A stretch of DNA of 64,000 nt, from assembly GCF_002105155.1 (NCBI RefSeq), contig NW_019028982.1, forward strand, positions 372,001-436,000. Direction: 5' to 3'. This stretch comes from Lobosporangium transversale. Taxonomy: Eukaryota. Shown here piece by piece: positions 62,101-64,000 of this stretch. The notes under the pieces are model-generated. The model did no database searches, was not told the origin of the DNA, and saw only the letters and a list, made by a program, of their open reading frames with translations. The translations under genes and the position numbers were made by a program. Each line of letters begins with the position of its first letter. Within the stretch, counting starts at the first letter, position 1.

Positions 62101-64000
62101 ACTTGAATTACGTCTTGTGCTTCTGAGCAATCCGCTTGCGAAGGCTCTAGCTGACCTTGGGCTGGACCACTGAGTATTTCCTTTGAACCTATTTCAGTAG
62201 CCTTGCCTGGCAATGTATTAACAGCATCCTTTGCCGTGTTCGATAACATTAGTGTTGGTGAAAGGCCTTGTGATGAAACTACAAGCACGACCTCCTTGCG
62301 CCTCCTCCATTGGGATGATTGCTTGGATACAGCCTTTGGTATGGGCAATAATGTGACCGAGCTCTCTCCGCTGACAGCAGATAGTGACAATCGATTTTTG
62401 TTTCCTTCGCTATCTTCTACATCATCGCCTGCTTTATGTGCTGGCCGGCCTACACTATGGCTACGGGCGAGCATAGGAGGCTTGAGTTGCTTGGTGAATG
62501 GCTTTGGGCCAGGAAATGTGAAGTTGTTGGCAGTAACTTTTGCTGAAGGGGCGAGAACGGGGGTAGAAATATCTAGAATCAAATGTGATGATCGAAGTGT
62601 AGGACGCGGAGGCAATGGAGGCCTCGCCGCCAGGTTTGCCACATTGTCCTTTATTGATGTGATATTGTTCATTATAGGCTCTCCTTCAATCAAGGTTTTC
62701 AGTCGAGGGTCACTTAGCCTTGGCGTCTGCGTTGCTGCTGTTGCATCTGGCAATCCTGATGCTGGTAAGGCGCATTCATAGAAGAAAGAGGGGGGAATCG
62801 GCGGCTTTGGGTCTTTGCTGAAGGATGGTGCTAGTTTCGCTATATTAACCATTGTCGCCTTGTCGGCCTCCAATTGCGACTGTGTAGTAGCTTTACTGCG
62901 GCAACCCGGTTGTAACTTTTGTCGAATGCGCTTAGTGATGCTACCATTGCTATTAAAAGTCGAATCAAGCATATGATTCCTGTTTCTGAGAAGTCTTGTC
63001 ATCCATGATTGTGATTCCAAAATAGGCGGAGAAGGAATTCGCTTAATTGGCGATGATCTGCCAACAACAATCATTGGCGTTGACTGTAAGCCGCCCATCG
63101 AGGAGGCGATCAATGAGGACTTAAGCTTGTCAAGAGGCGAAGTTGGTACAGGCACAAGCTCCCTATTCAAACTGTTCTTGATATCCAGCGATGATGGCAG
63201 TGGCGGGAGAGACCGATTGGGGTTCGCATGGGTTATACTTAAGTCCTTTGCTTCTTGATCAGTTGCACGGGTTAGTGGTAAAGGGGGAATGTATTTAGGG
63301 AATGGCAGTGGCTTGTCCATAGAACCAGCATTCAAGTTGCTGGCTATGGTAAGATGACGGAAGCATCCGCTCATAGTTCCATCAAGACTGGAATCTATTG
63401 GTGGAGACCCCAGGGTACCGCTAAATCGATTAGTCAAAGAACTTGGTGGCTCTTCATAATCTATGACCTGCTCATATTGGTCTAAGATTATGGAGTCAAC
63501 ATCCTCATTTTCATCTTCTATCTCTGAGCCAGCCTCAGGAACCATATGGCGCTGAAAGATACGGACATTCTTGACCGATTCCCATTGGACGGCTTTGGAC
63601 TTCTTCAGAGCTAATACCCGGCCATCGTCAAATCCAGAATCCGTCTGATTCTTTAAAGCTTCCTTTGTATTTGAATTGACTTGTGGTGTATGGCAGTGTG
63701 TTTGTATCTGCAATTTAGCGATGTAGTCGTCATAAGCCTTGTATGCCGCGATCTGGGCTTCCAGGACAGGCTCAGGCCCTTGTTGTCGATCGTTGCGATT
63801 CTTCAAAACTGACCGGATTGGCTTGGGTGCATCCATTAGGGGACGCCGAACGATGATTCGTTGATAGCAGGTTAAGTCTTGGTAAGGCTCAACGGCTTCT
63901 GGGTCGATCGCGTTAAGGTAATCAAAATCATCGTCATCCTGAACCTCAGATAACTTTAACAGTCCTTGTTGATCAATAGGGTATTGACTTGTGAAGGCTA
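59142..64000 (-). CDS. Bud4/anillin-like protein (long disordered N-terminus, anillin-homology-like region, C-terminal PH domain); 5' end beyond the window
   Basis: GILYLR..VKRIEDIVL..SVRIDTGREKIDT..FNQEFCL.PVYEGLNITLT; PH-like QGRLHYRTEQGCWRDGWFQIIGPRLW...FRTDSEDMAEAWVEAL..RPYW. The frame stays open from ATG 63836 to position 64000. Confidence 0.65.

Overview
Intron-rich fungal genomic DNA. The gene content (intronless F-box/LRR genes, Srp1, Iec1, ERMARD, class IV chitin synthase) and the many 20-30 nt poly(A)/poly(T) tracts suggest an early-diverging fungus, probably Mortierellaceae (inference). Core genes: CBS (5' partial), Srp1-type SR protein, Ent3/epsinR, Bub3, Iec1-like zinc finger, ATP5/OSCP, Csm3/Swi3, Gpi16, chitin synthase, ERMARD-like, Hda1-type HDAC, a Bud4/anillin-like gene running off the right edge, three F-box/LRR genes and two small helical paralogs. 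An accessory block of about 14 kb (7-21 kb) holds the most interesting signals. (1) A complete HDV-like self-cleaving ribozyme fold (13631-13708) lies at the 3' end of a GC-rich, rod-folding, poly(A)-tailed unit with no downstream ORF; an upstream segment could sequester its P1 strand. (2) A tRNA-Asn gene has three co-oriented non-LTR retrotransposon insertions stacked from about 100 bp upstream of it, the newest landing inside the 5' end of the previous one, which suggests position-specific tRNA-gene targeting. (3) Nested MITEs with clean 9-bp TSDs lie on the other side of the tRNA. Also seen: a candidate intronic H/ACA snoRNA in ATP5 and a candidate poison acceptor in the SR gene. All calls are by eye; no searches or folding programs were run.
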